Numbered from the whole stretch's first letter, positions 1 through 12,787 are shown. The stretch: DNA of 62,921 nt, filler included, from Reticulomyxa filosa (GCA_000512085.1; 11 parts of 11 records of this genome joined end to end with filler, not necessarily neighbours in it); one strand, 5' to 3'. The notes: generated by a model not told the origin, from the letters alone. A program made the numbers and translations.

Positions 1-600
1 ATCAGATCCAGAACACAAATATCTACCACCACTAAATGATGAAAGTTCAATACAATAAACAGGTTTAGTATAACAATCTAATATTTGTGATGTATTATTG
101 TTGAAATTCCAAAAACAAATTGTTTTATCTTCTGATGAAAAATAAATGACATTTTGATGATGATAATGATAATGATATTGTGAAAATTTCACACAATGAA
201 TGGTATCAAGATGTTTATATTCTTGAACTTGGCTGGTTGTCTCTATATCCCATATACGAACTGTATTATCAAATGATCCCGAACAAATGAATTTTTCGTC
301 AAATGTCGAATCGACATTAGTAATCTTGGAAGTATGTCCTGATAATATTTTAAATTGTCTTGAAGACAACTTAAAATTGTCGATCATTAATCTTATATTT
401 GTCTATATTAAAAAAAAAAATTTTAAAAAAAGAAAAAAAAAAAAAAAGGACATAACATAATTGACAACAATATTGTCAAATTCATGAATCCATCCAACTT
501 TGATTTGCAATGTTCGAGCCCAATGTTGTAAAATTACTTGAATCTTTTTTTCTTCAGTCTGTTTGTAAACAAATTAAATCTAATCAATAAACAAACAAAA
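1..600 (-). CDS. WD40-repeat protein of a lineage-expanded family (5' part; runs off window start)
   Basis: Minus-strand exons read ...IQVILQHWARTLQIKVGWIHEFDNIVVNY, then (intron ~404-455) ...LSGHTSKITNV...ICSGSFDNTVRIWDI...SSEDKTICFWN...GGRYLCSGSD, i.e. classic GH...SGSxD...WD repeats. Confidence 0.85.
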
Positions 601-849
601 AAAAAGAAAAAATACCAATTCTACAGCCTCCATTATTAATCAAATGATTAGTTTTTTTTTTATCAAGAACATCAGAAGGGGCTGACAAAAATACATTCAA
701 AATTTTCTTGTTATTAAATAAAAAATAAAATGAATAATATTTATTTGACTCTTTTATTTTATTTATGTTATACAAAAGAAATTTATGAAATCACTTGCTT
801 TTATAAATTTTCTTTTTTTTTAGAAAAAGAAATATGTTTCACAACTCAC

Positions 850-1060
850 TTTATTTAGTCAAAATTATTGAAACAAAGGCAAAATATCGAATATCGGTTA
901 GCATTATATAATCTTTTCTTCTTCAGTCTATTTTAAACAAATTATACATAATAACAAAGAGATATTAACAATGTTGGAGTTTCTATTGTTGATGAAAATA
1001 ATTGATTTTTTTTATCAAGAACAACAGAAGTTGTTGTCAAAAAATATTTTTGCAATATGA
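850..1060 (-). pseudogene. Degenerate tandem copy of the WD40 gene 5' region
   Basis: tcttcagtct.ttt..aaacaaatta and ttttatcaagaaca.cagaag...caaaaata occur both at ~550-695 and at ~920-1045. Confidence 0.5.
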
Positions 1061-1704
1061 AAAATATAGTTGAACAATACATGCTATTTTTTAAAAAAAT
1101 TTGTAGGGAAAGTCCCTGTAATGCAATTTTAAGTATTAAAGGAACGGTGGAGGTAAAAACCTTCTTCAAACACAACTTGCTTTCGTCTTGTTGTTTTTTA
1201 CTCGTTTTCCTTATTGTGTTGTAATTATTTGTCGTTAATCTAATGCTTTTTACTAAAATTGATTTTTGGAACTAAATTCCTTTCGTATTACACTTAGCCC
1301 GCCTCACTATCCCCAAGTTTGTGTTTATAATAAATTTTTTCACATAAATTTAATTTTTTTTAAGACTGCTTTCGTAACTTCCCGACTAGAACATCTCTTC
1401 TTCTATTTCATAATTTTAATATGCACAAGGCACTGGAGTTGTATTGAAAACAGTTTCTTTATTTTAAACAATAATTTTCAAAGTCTTGATAGCCCAAGTT
1501 TTTCAAAATGTCATTGCCTTTGGTCATAAAAAACTAAAAAAATATCGAAATTACTAAATATCTCTTTAGAAAGAGTACTAACTTTTTCTTGTATAGCTGT
1601 TTTCTAAACAATTTTTTTTTCTTTGAACTTCAATTTTTAACCCAAATAAAAATTTGGGGTTAACTTTTTTTGTTATTACTGTTGTTATCTGTTTTACTTT
1701 CGAT

Positions 1705-1801
1705 ATGGCACAAGCTCCTGAAACCAAAACACCAACATTCACTGGAACATGGGACGTAGAGTCTAGTGAAAATATGGACGAGTACTTAGACAAATCTGAA
1801 G
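1705..1801 (+). CDS. Fatty-acid-binding protein / lipocalin-like, exon 1 (rest lost in gap)
   Basis: MAQAPETKTPTFTGTWDVESSENMDEYLDKSEG matches the FABP N-terminal pattern FxGxWxxxxSENFDEYxxxG. It is followed by a GT donor and a T-rich intron start. Confidence 0.65.
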
Positions 1802-1837
1802 GTTTTAGATTTTTTTTGTTTTTTGTATGTGGTCAGC

Positions 1838-1937
1838 NNNNNNNNNNNNNNNNNNNNNNNNNNNNNNNNNNNNNNNNNNNNTTAATTAATTAANNNNNNN
1901 NNNNNNNNNNNNNNNNNNNNNNNNNNNNNNNNNNNNN
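1838..1937. other. Assembly gap linker (N44-TTAATTAATTAA-N44)
   Basis: Artificial 100-bp spacer with stops in all six frames. Confidence 0.98.
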
Positions 1938-3234
1938 TCATAAGCTTTAAATGATGATCGATGAATTTGTTCAATGACATACTATCAAATTTTTTGAATA
2001 AAAATTCAAAGTGTTTTGTTGTTAAATTGTGTGATATATCTTCCACAAGGTCTGCTCTATGCTTTTCTCACAAATATTTAATCACACACAAAATCAAGGA
2101 CATTGTGTTTGTGTTTTAATTGTAACTTCCAAAGCTATCCAAATGATAGATAAATAGTCAAGTGTTAAAGTACTATCGACACAAATAAATTTTAATATAT
2201 CCGTTGCTTGTTTCATCAATCGTTGATGTGATTTTGGTCCAAACAATGTTTCCATTAGCTTATTTTCTTCAATCCATTTCAACGAACTTGAAGAATGGTA
2301 TGCTCTTTGTGCATTTACACACACTCAATCGATATATTGTACTCCGTTGACACGTCTTTCAATAGTTTGTGCCAATTGAAAGGTTTCTGTAATTTGAGCA
2401 ACCTCTTCTTCAGTCTTTTCTCTTTGCAATAGCTCTTCCATTGATTGGACAATGCGTGTTAAAATTTCTTTTTTTAAATCACGCAACTTGACATCGATTA
2501 TTGACTTCAATGTTTTCCACACACATACGGTCATGCAAAGGTAATATAAATGTCTGATAAATACGACATGTTAATGCTTTCAATGACTTTGCAAGTGCTA
2601 TCAAAATGAGACTAATCATTTTGATATGCATGTTATGTTTGTGGTTATCCAGACGCTCCAACAGCATCTCAAAACCTCCAGCATGACCAAATTCATTCAA
2701 TGTAGCTACCACATGAAATGATACTTGCCCTAAGTCACCCTATCAAAAAAACAATAACAAAATGTAATTTATGATTGGATTGTTATCTTTATGTCTAATA
2801 ATACATAAAAAATATTTAAATTTCAAATTTGTACACACATCATTACCAGTACTGTTGCGACGATGACGAAGCGATTGGGTCCAACACCGTGAAAAATTGT
2901 CCTGATTGAGTTTCCAATTGTTTCACTTGCAACACTGTACCAGTATATATTCATATGTTGCATTTTTTTTTGTCCAAGATTTATTGAGCAAAAAACATTC
3001 ATTACTTAACTTTCCAACAATTTTCAAAAAAAGTAATCCAATTGGACATTTTCCCCAATTTTTTTTTGGAATTCTTCATATTCATCCACTTTTTCTTCAA
3101 TCAAAAGCGTACCTCTTTGTTGTTTCTATTGGATTGCGTAGTGTTTTACAAGTTTGCATATACGTGTATTCACATAAAAATTTCAACGACAAAAAAAAAA
3201 CATTGGAACACACCCAATCGTTGCCATATTCTTT
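1938..3234 (-). pseudogene. USP9/USP24/USP34-like deubiquitinase N-terminal helical region, disrupted
   Basis: LNEFGHAGGFEMLLERL, IERRVNGVQYI and WIEENKLMETLF...HQRLMKQATDILKFI...LTLDYLSIIW resemble the USP9X/24/34 N-terminal region. There is a frameshift near 2510 and an in-frame TGA at 2325-2327. Confidence 0.6.
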
Positions 3235-3334
3235 NNNNNNNNNNNNNNNNNNNNNNNNNNNNNNNNNNNNNNNNNNNNTTAATTAATTAANNNNNNNNNN
3301 NNNNNNNNNNNNNNNNNNNNNNNNNNNNNNNNNN
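3235..3334. other. Assembly gap linker
   Basis: N44-TTAATTAATTAA-N44. Confidence 0.98.
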
Positions 3335-6060
3335 AACTTGAAAGAAGCTATATCACTGAAAGGCTCTTCCCTAGCTACTGTTTTTTTTGAGTGGCGATCT
3401 TGTCAGCGACCACTTCTTTGAGACGAGAGAGGATGGAGGATGGAGAGGGGGGGGGGGGGGCTCGACTGCTGACATAAAATATTGCGCTTAACAGGGCCCA
3501 GCGCCACCAACACGTTGCAAATATCCAAGCTTTTGTTCGTTCGGCAAATAACGAAGCGACTTTTAAATCGTCGATCCATTATCGATTGGCACGACCTTGT
3601 TGCTTTTTGTGATGAATGGTGCAACAACATTACCTCTTTTCCGCGACACCATCAAACATTGGCGCACAACGCCAGTCCAATGTATTGAAGAAATTGATAA
3701 ATGAATAGAAGGAACATGGACTGCATTATCGTTGTCGTCGTCATTATCGTTGGACTGCGCTTGACATTGTCACACACCGGGCAGTAGCTTCTATTGAGGG
3801 GGCGCATTATGTAAAATCAGTCCATGTTAAGATTTGCATAGTCGCTACTGTAGGTGTGAAGAGCCATCCCTAATCAAAGTATTGTCTTTTTTTTTTAAAA
3901 AAAACAAACAAATCCAATGACGGTATGGCCTTGAATACTCTTTTTCTACGTCATCATCTTCTTATCATTTGCTAATGATCTTGACTTGAGTATCGCAAAA
4001 CTTGTCCACTAAATTGGAGCCACAACAACACTGGGAGAATGGTTCCATATGAGATTGCTTACTTGACCCCACATGTGATTTTTTTCTGTAACGCGCGCAT
4101 CTTCTTTTCTTTGTCTTCCATTTTTTTATTTCTTCGATCAATTCAGTCGTGATGTTGATATACATATACATATATATTTTGCGCCAAATCTTTCTTTCTG
4201 GATCTTGATGCTGCCTGACTACGAAAGCAAGCTTACCAAAAGAAATATTATCCGCGATTGTGAACTGGACAATTTTTTTTAACTATTCCATGCCTCATAT
4301 GATGGATAATTTTTAAATACAATGTTCATCCACTCTCGTCGCCCTTGTGATGATGGACACGCCTTGGCGTTGGATTATATGGTCGCATTTAAAAATTTCT
4401 GCATCCATCACGATGCACTCATTCGACAATATTTTGGATTGGCGATTCAATGAGGGAGGATACCTTCGTATTTTCTTTTTCATTATTGGACTATTCGTTC
4501 TTGAGTGCCATGATTCAACGATTTTTGAGTACGCCAAGGTCACTACGCGATTCAAAGTTTAAAACCACGTCGACTCGAATTCACTCAAATTGGGACCTGC
4601 ACTTCAATGTCCTCCAAGTACTGTGATAATGCAACCAATACAAAGTATTGCATCGCATCCAACACGCCAGTCTGTAGTTCATCGTTGATCACGGAGACTA
4701 TCACTGCAAGAGTCGAGTACTTTGCGTCTGTCGAATGAGCGCCGATGATCTTTGCCGAACTGAGACCAAAAAAATTCAAACAGTTCTATCTCTATTTCTT
4801 TTCACCATATGTCGCTCGCGATCTCACTATTTCTTCCATCAGCAGCACACACACACAATTAAAAATCTAAAGTTGCGAATATGCGCACGCTCACGACTAG
4901 TTTCGACACGAGTAGCTAGCGCTATTTTTATAACAATCGAGCTTTTCTTGTTCGTTAGAACATGTAAATCGCAGTCGACGTCCTCTTTGAGGATAATTGT
5001 TGGAGAGACAAAGCACCAGAGACTTGTGTGCACCTATGTTGACGGTCAAGTTCTTTCCAGTTGTTCGGGCTACCATTGCAAGGCATTTCCACACACTTAT
5101 TCATTGTCTTTGATTAGCGCGTTCTATGGAAAGATAATGCATGTATGGAAAACACTAAGTATTCACTCGCGGGTGTGAAGAGTCATATATAACAACACTT
5201 AGTAAATCTGGAGACGATTAAAAAAAAAAAACAGATCCAACGCGAGATTCTTTCTCATCCAAATCCTTCTCCTCCTTCTCATATTCATCTCCTTTCTTGT
5301 CAATGTCTTCACGGAGTTTCGCATAACTCCTTCACCAAGTTGAACCACTCCATATGGAACATTCTCCCAATTATTGCAATGAATAAGCATTTCATAACGA
5401 CTTTCACGTACTTTTCTTCATCGATTTCAGCTTCTTATCTGCCGCCGTTGTGACACCACAATGTATCTTTTCCACTTTTCGCGTATCATCACCTCTTTCT
5501 CTTTTTTCTTCTTGATGAGCTTTCTTTCGTTGTTTGGCACCAAGATCCAACTTTCCGGTATTGTTCTGGGAAAATCTTGTCTACCTGCTCCAAGATAACA
5601 GATGGACTTTGTACTTGAAAAAAATGGTATACCTTTCGATGATAGACACTTTGCGCGTGCATTTCCAGTACATCCAACGTTTGGATTGGCACTTTAATGA
5701 TTGAATAACTTTTTTTTTCTCATTCTTAGGCGTATTCGTTGAGAACGATTTCTCCCATCAGCTTATACAAGGTTCAAAACCAAAGTTGCGAATGTTCGTA
5801 CGCACACGACTAGTTTTGATTGTTCATGGACTCATAAAATTAGCGCCATAACGACTTAGTTTCACTTGTTTGTTGGCTCATGTAGTCAAAGTTCAAATTC
5901 GTCTTTGGTGATTTATCACTCCAACAATTATTTGATGAGGCTTGTGCGCCTAAGTTGATGGCAAATAAATTTTTCAATGTCTTGGATTGCCACTACTTGA
6001 ATCTTCAATTGGAGCGCGCTATGTGAAGTTAGTAGTTGCTCATATGCGCACGTACACGAA
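3335..6060 (-). pseudogene. Decayed coding-like relic with an internal degenerate duplication; product unassigned
   Basis: Higher GC than its flanks, many short broken ORFs, and two diverged copies of a ~200-bp segment (~4861-5050 and ~5776-5970). Confidence 0.35.
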
Positions 6061-6143
6061 CATTTTCAATAAAAACGATCAGTTTCCAATCTTTCTTTTT
6101 TTCATTTTTCTCTTTTTAATATTTTTTTCATTTTTTCCAACTG

Positions 6144-6519
6144 CCAATTTTTTTCATTTTTTTATTTTCTCATTCTTTTCATTTTCTTAAATAAAATTTC
6201 TACATTTTTTCTAATTCTTTTTAAACTTTTTTTCAAATATTTTCCCATTTTTTTACAATCTTTTTCTCATTTTTACATTTTCCCCTTATCTTTTCCCCAT
6301 TTTCACTATCTTTTTCACATTTTTCCCCTATCTTTTCACTATCTTTCCCCATTTTCACTATCTTTTTCATATTTTTTCCTTATTTTTTCCCCATTTTCAC
6401 TATCTTTTTTAAATTTTCCCCCATCTTTTCCCCTACTTTTTACTATTTTTTTCACATTTTTTCCAAATCTTTTCCCCATCTTTTCAAAACCCTTTTTCCA
6501 AAAATTTTCCCACCCTTTT
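6144..6519. repeat. G-free pyrimidine-rich degenerate tandem repeat
   Basis: No G on the + strand over ~375 bp. The unit CCCCATTTTCACTATCTTTTT recurs at 6295, 6347 and 6389. Confidence 0.8.
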
Positions 6520-6907
6520 GGCACCCTTTTCCTATCCATTTTTTTTCTCTCAAATATAAATAAAAAAATAAAATAAAATAAAATAAAACTTTCCAAATTA
6601 GCTTTGATCTTTACTCCTATTTACAAATCACAAAGTAAATTTTTTTCATTTTTTTTAAAAAAAAATAACATACTTTTGCTTGGAGCTCTAAGCTCTAATT
6701 CCAATATCCTATTTTTTTCCTTTTGACGGGGAGGGGAGTATGACAAACACTTTTTTTTTTTGATGGGGGCATGCCTATCCAAACACAAACATACTATTTA
6801 TAAAAAAAATAATAAAAAATAAAAAAATACAAACTTTTTTATTTTTTTTTGAACGATGGTTTTGCTTCAACCCCGAAGTTTTTGTTTGGAGGGAGGGGAC
6901 GTATAAT

Positions 6908-7007
6908 NNNNNNNNNNNNNNNNNNNNNNNNNNNNNNNNNNNNNNNNNNNNTTAATTAATTAANNNNNNNNNNNNNNNNNNNNNNNNNNNNNNNNNNNNN
7001 NNNNNNN
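6908..7007. other. Assembly gap linker
   Basis: N44-TTAATTAATTAA-N44. Confidence 0.98.
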
Positions 7008-7633
7008 GGGGGGGGGATTAGCTAACCTTTGCACGATCTATGACGTACCCGACGCTCTTGCACCCAAGGCAAAATTCAAGAAAGGACTGAGCCAATCTCT
7101 AAAAGGGAAGCCAGTACGTATACTGCAAGAACACGAAGCATACGTGAGTTGTTGTAAGTTTACGGACGAAAAACATGATAGTGACAGCCTCTGGAGATCA
7201 TACCAGTGATATCAATTGGTTAATAATAACAATATCAAAAAAAAAAAAAATTGATAAAAATAAATAAATATACTTATATGTTATGTGCTATTGTTTTGAT
7301 CAAGCGTTCAAACTATTTTCAAATAAACGTTCGTTTGCCACTGCTTCGGATGACTCAACTTATCGACTATTTGGCTTGCGTGCTTACTGGCAAATTGCCT
7401 CTTATTCAAGCAAAACACGCACTCTATTGCAATTTGTCGATACCTCTGTATCAGGATGCTACATATTTTTTGATGAGGAGGAGGAAAACTCAGTCATTGC
7501 TTTGGAGACAATCAGTGCAAGAGAAGTGTCTAAGTTATTGCATCTACAGAAAGTTCGATGTTTGCAGGTTTCTCCAAGTGGGCATGCCATTGCCACGGGA
7601 TCGTGGGATTACAATGTTCGTATTTGGGAGTAA
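7008..7633 (+). pseudogene. Heterotrimeric G-protein beta subunit-like, 3' part, disrupted
   Basis: GGLANLCTIYD...HEAYVSCCKF...IVTASGDHT, FATASDDSTYRLFGLRA and VSPSGHAIATGSWDYNVRIWE* follow the G-beta consensus. There is a frameshift near 7177 and an apparent internal deletion between WD3 and WD5. Confidence 0.75.
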
Positions 7634-8308
7634 GACTTACATAACTCAATCAATATACTTATTACATAGCTGCATAATTTTTTCCAAATCAAAAAAATTA
7701 TCTTTTTATATATTCCTTTTTATATAATATCCAATATTGAAATTTAAAAAAATAAGATTCACGCTTTGTCAATAAAAAATTGATATAAAACTAATTTCAT
7801 TAACCAAGAAAGGTCACATTGTTTAAAATATTTTTATTAATCTCTTTCAAAAAAAAAAACTACTTGTTAAATGTGTCTTTCCAGTTATAACCAAACATTA
7901 CGAGCGTGTGGATACCATAACACCACATTTCATAACTTTTTTATTTCAATATCACATTGCTATGACTGAAAAAATTTATAAAAGTTCTTTCAAATCAAAT
8001 ATAAATTGAAAAAAATATGTCTTATTGCTGTAATGTCTAAATATTTTACAAAATAAAACAATTATTTTTCATCACAAAGTTTACATTTAGAAATAAAGAA
8101 TTTTTATTGACCCTTAGTGACCTTAAAAAAATTAAAAAGCATCTTTTTCATCATCTTTGCATTATCAAAGATCATCTCAAGGAAAAAAAAGAAAATACTT
8201 TACCTTAGTAATGAAAGTTTCGTTTAAGTTGTTTTTTTTGTTTTTCTTATTATTTTTCTTATTTTGCTTTATGATTGAAACAGTCAAAAGAAGAAGAGAT
8301 CCAAATAA

Positions 8309-8408
8309 NNNNNNNNNNNNNNNNNNNNNNNNNNNNNNNNNNNNNNNNNNNNTTAATTAATTAANNNNNNNNNNNNNNNNNNNNNNNNNNNNNNNNNNNN
8401 NNNNNNNN
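8309..8408. other. Assembly gap linker
   Basis: N44-TTAATTAATTAA-N44. Confidence 0.98.
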
Positions 8409-10741
8409 AAAAAAAAAAAAAGTAAGGGTCACTTTTGTACGTATACGCAAAATTGGACTTAAATAACTTTGACTTCAATTGGTTCGTTGGCATTTTTCTT
8501 TTCTTCTTCGTCGTTGTTTTGCTCTTGCAATGCGATATCTTCTCTATTTTATTTTATTTTATTTTTTTTTTTTTGTTAAATGTGTTGAATTTTTCGAGAA
8601 ACGCTTATTAAAATTTTCTCTCCTTTTTCTTTCCTTCTTTCGACAGAGGGGACGTATAACCAAACTTGAAGGTATCCCAAATAAGATCAATGGTGGCCAT
8701 TAAGTCGGTCACATGAACCAATTTTTTATCTTCCACATATAACGTTGCATTACTTAATTTCTGCACAACTACGCGAGGAAGAGATTTCGCGTACTGCACA
8801 ATGTCCGTCCAAGCCCTTTTTTTTTTTTTTTTTTTGTAGGATTGACATACCCACATCATCACAATATATACATGTGTATATATTTTTTTTTTCAAGGTTC
8901 ATGCAAATGTATTTATTAAAAAAATAGATAAACTCTTTAAAAGGAGCATATCCAGTTTTGTCTTTATCAAGCCTTTGGAAAACCTGACGGATCACATCGA
9001 TATCTTCTAAGACAATATACTCCGAAGTTGCGACATCCAAGCTTGCTTTCTCTTGTTTCGGTTGTAATGTCAAGTCAAGCGTCCAAATCAAATTTAAATC
9101 TTCTTCAGACGCACTCGAGGCTAGGTGCAATTATTTGTCAATTATTATTTTTTTATTATCGTCGTGTCAGAGTTAATCAAAGAAATACAGAGAATAAAAG
9201 AAAACGGATATATTGGCTCCATTTTTTTTTTTGGGGGGGAGAGGGGGAAAAGAGATTATTCTTACCCATGGGTCGCATCAATTCCATTGTTTGGCTCTTC
9301 GTGTCTTCGCTTTTGCTCTGAAATCTCACCTCAAATGTTTCATTTATTTTGATAATTGTCAAAAACAAATCATTCCATTCGATAGTGCAATACACCTCGC
9401 CGGGTGTTACCACAGGTTTGATTATGAACGTATAATAAAAAGAACTTACATTTGCCATTTCGATGTCGTCCATTAATTGTAGTGTTTCAAACTATTTGCA
9501 ATTCATTAATTTTAAAAAAAAAAAAAAATTAACACTACACTAAATTGTAAACGTATACATAAAAATGGAATATATAGGAGGAGGTCACTAACTTCTTGTC
9601 CGCTGCGATCGCGAGACTTGTAAATTCGTAAGTAGGATTGTGAATCTAAATGCAAAATCTGGAATTTGAAGAGGTCTTTGGGAATAAACGCAAAGGCAGT
9701 GCTTAAATGCCTTAATTTACAATGTGCTGTGAATCCATAGCCTTCAATTTTGCTTAAAAAATATGAATTTGGAGCACGTATACATGCAACTGGAGGGACG
9801 CCGCCCGTGGCAATAAATGATTGCCTCGGTCTTCGAACTGTTCAAACACGATTTTGTGTGTAAGCATATCTTTGTTTTTTTTTTAAAAAAAAAAAGAGAG
9901 CCACTCAGAAAAACAAAAGATAAAAAAAAATCCCAAAACGAAAGCTAGCACGCGGAGCCGCTATGGAATTTCGTCTGCTCTTTGCTTCGGGGCCTTCGGC
10001 TGCTGATTCTGGTGCTTCGTTGACTTTGTTTTCTGTTGTGTTTGTTGCTTCGACTGCTTCGTTCACGACTTCTTTTGCTTCTTCGGCCTTGACCTCCGAC
10101 TGAGGCTCTACTTTTGTTACAGGCTCTATGATTTGGATAGGCGCTTGCGCTTCTACCACTTGAACTTCTACTATTTGAGCCTCTACTACTTGAGCCTCTA
10201 TTACCTGAGTTTCTACTATTTGAGCTTCTACCACTTGAGTCTCTGCTGCTTGAGCCTCTATCACTTGAGCTTCTACTACTTGAGCCTCTACCACAGTTGG
10301 TATGGTACACGCTTTGTCTGCTTCATTCTCTGAAACCGTGCTGATTTCCTCTTCTTGTGTGTGTTGGATTGCTGACATTTCGAGTCGAGGTGCTGTCGTT
10401 TCGATTGTAATTATTGTTTCTTTTCGCTCATTTGTCGTTTTTTGTAGTTCGTCTTCATGTTGAGGCTCGTTTTGATTTGGAGCCATTTCTTCCACTTTTA
10501 CTGCGTTGGGTTGGTCCCCCTCGTCTTTTTTTTCCAACAACTCAACGATGGCTTGAATATGTTCTGATGACATATCAACGGCTGTTGGAGTTTTCTCTTT
10601 GGCTTCTTCGGTTTGATCTGCCCTAGGGGAAGATGGCTCATCCGGAGCCGGTTGGATAGGGTGGCCAACTTGAAGGTCAGACATTGAACTTTGTTCTAGA
10701 AGGCTTGGAGTGTGAGACATTAACTTACTTGTCAATGACAA
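8409..10741 (-). CDS. Multi-exon protein with an acidic repeat N-terminus and an EF-hand (possibly disrupted)
   Basis: 278-aa Glu/Val-rich first exon, and EF-hand IRQVFQRLDKDKTGYAPFKEF at ~8935-9000. One in-frame TAG lies at 9646-9648. Confidence 0.55.
10144..10295 (-). repeat. 15-bp coding tandem repeat (VVEAQ)n, ~10 copies
   Basis: Recurring TGAGC(C/T)TCTAC(T/C)ACT units on the + strand. Confidence 0.9.
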
Positions 10742-11067
10742 GTCAAAATTACGCCAAAGGTAATATTATGAAACTTCAAAATGTAAAATTAATGGTATGT
10801 GCAATTCAGGTCACGAAAATAGTTGCTTCCATTAACGTCATTGAAAACAAACAACTAATGCCAAAAAGAGATAAGCATAACCATTGGCATTTACTTTTTT
10901 CAATTTTTTTATTATTCGTTTCATTGTTACCTTTTAAAAAATAAATGATATTAAAACAACTAAACTGTAACATATAAGTGAACTGTTGTCGTACAAGTTT
11001 GTGTCGGAGTTAAGTCGAAAAGGAAAAACTACATGATCCAAAAAAAAATCCTTAAAATAATAAATTA

Positions 11068-12787
11068 ATGTCTGAGACTCCACAAAACGAGATAAAATTG
11101 GTTGATCTAAATAAGTCAAAATCTGAGGAAAAAGGTTCAGAAAATCATGAGCATTTGTATGTTGGAAACTTATACAAGCCAACGGAAAGCCCTAATGTTT
11201 TTGAGTGGACAATGTTCCTCTCAACAAGTCCAGACGAATTTAAGGACCCTGTGACTGTGAAGGACGTAGTTAAGTAAGGTTTTTTGTTTTTTTTTTAAGG
11301 TGATGTTGTCTTGATGCAGTTTTTTCGTTCACATTTTTGTGGATCAATAGACATATCTGTTGCACCCATCCTTTCAAAACTCCCGTCGCTTCAAGGATTA
11401 TCCACCATTTTTTTTGAGATGTCGCGGTAAGCGGGTAATGGGCTAGTGAAAAGGGAGAGCGAGAAAAGGGGATTTAAAGAAAATAATTACCTTTTTTCCA
11501 TGATTATTATTCCTTTGTTTTAGCCTTCCATTTTAATAAATTTTCTTAAAAATGTACGTATAATACATTGAACGTATAGGTTGGGGCGTGTTTGAAATTG
11601 AAGTGGTGGTAACTTTCAAAGAAAAGGCAGACCGACCCGTTTTGCGAACAAAGCATATGTTGTCATTTGACTGTCCAGCCACGCTGACTGACACAGTGAC
11701 ACAAGTTCGTGTGAAACATGCGAAAGAGTGGATTCATCCGAATTTTCATTTAAGCCACGGAAAGCAACATGAAGATGGCTTTGTTGCTGTCACACGAGCT
11801 CGCTTAGAAAAGAATCTCGCAAAAGCGCCGGACAAAATCAAATTAAAAAAATTCAAGTGTTTTTTTTTTTTTTTTTTAAAAAAAAAATTATTATTATCAT
11901 TGGTATTGTGAATTGTTGATTACTTTCTTTCTTATCTCTTCTTCTTCTTCTCAATTGGAAGATACTTAGAATGCACTTTATGGAATGGAAACGCAACATG
12001 AAAAAGATTTGTTTAAACAGCCCATTGTTAAATGATTTGGTAATCCCTGATGAAATTCTAGATCTTATTGGATATCACGCTGTTGTATGCTATGTCTGTG
12101 TGATTTATGTGCATACATATATGTATGATATGGAAGTGTGTACATATAATTTTTCCCCCCCCTTTTTTGTGTATATGTGTGGTGCAGCTGTGGTATCCCA
12201 TACGTAATGTGATACCGGGTCAGGAAGTAATAATCGATGGTTGCCAAGATGGTGATGTCACAATTGAGTCAGAAAAATTCAAACTTTTAACGATTAAGAA
12301 TTGCTCCAATTTAATCATCCGTTTTCGTACAACCCTTGGCAGTGTGGAAATTCATCAAAGCCAAAACATTCAAGTTCAATTTATTTTTGTGTATGTGTGT
12401 ATGTTCAATTGGCAAAACTAGTGCTCTCCCTCTTTTTCCATACATACATATATATGCAACTAGATACAGTGCATGATGTTGTGCAACACATACCGATTTT
12501 ACCATTGCGCCAACTGCAAAGCAATATTTAATGACCTTGGCAATGTTGTGCAATTTTATTCATTTGACTCACTGAACACTGAACTATGTGCGCAAAATGT
12601 GCTGTGGGAAATAGACGATGCATTAAAACATCAAAGTTCTTCCAATTCAAATAACGAAGACCTGGCCACGAAACCAAAGCAAGTTACGTTTTCATCACCA
12701 ACTAATGAAGCTTCCAAACTGTTTACTATTCAGTGGCGAGGCACTGGATCTCCAGTGTTCACTCACAAACGCCTTCGTAATATGTAA
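11068..12787 (+). CDS. YEATS-domain protein fused to a C-CAP/cofactor-C-like beta-helix
   Basis: Spliced exons give LYVGN...FEWTMFL...V|TYLLHPSF...PPFFLRCR|GWGVFEIEVVVTF...HMLSF (YEATS). Later IIDGCQDGDVTIESEKFKLLTIKNCSNLIIRFRTTLGSVEIHQSQNIQV has CAP C-terminal beta-helix periodicity. Confidence 0.8.

Noticed and set aside
9646-9648. In-frame stops (TAG 9646, TGA 2325, TAG 22028, TAA 58647) as possible stop-codon reassignment
   Set aside because: All three stop types are involved, mostly alongside frameshifts. Conserved genes (LIG1, DCN1, lipase, transporter) have no internal stops, and genes here terminate with TAA, TGA or TAG. Decay or sequencing error is simpler.
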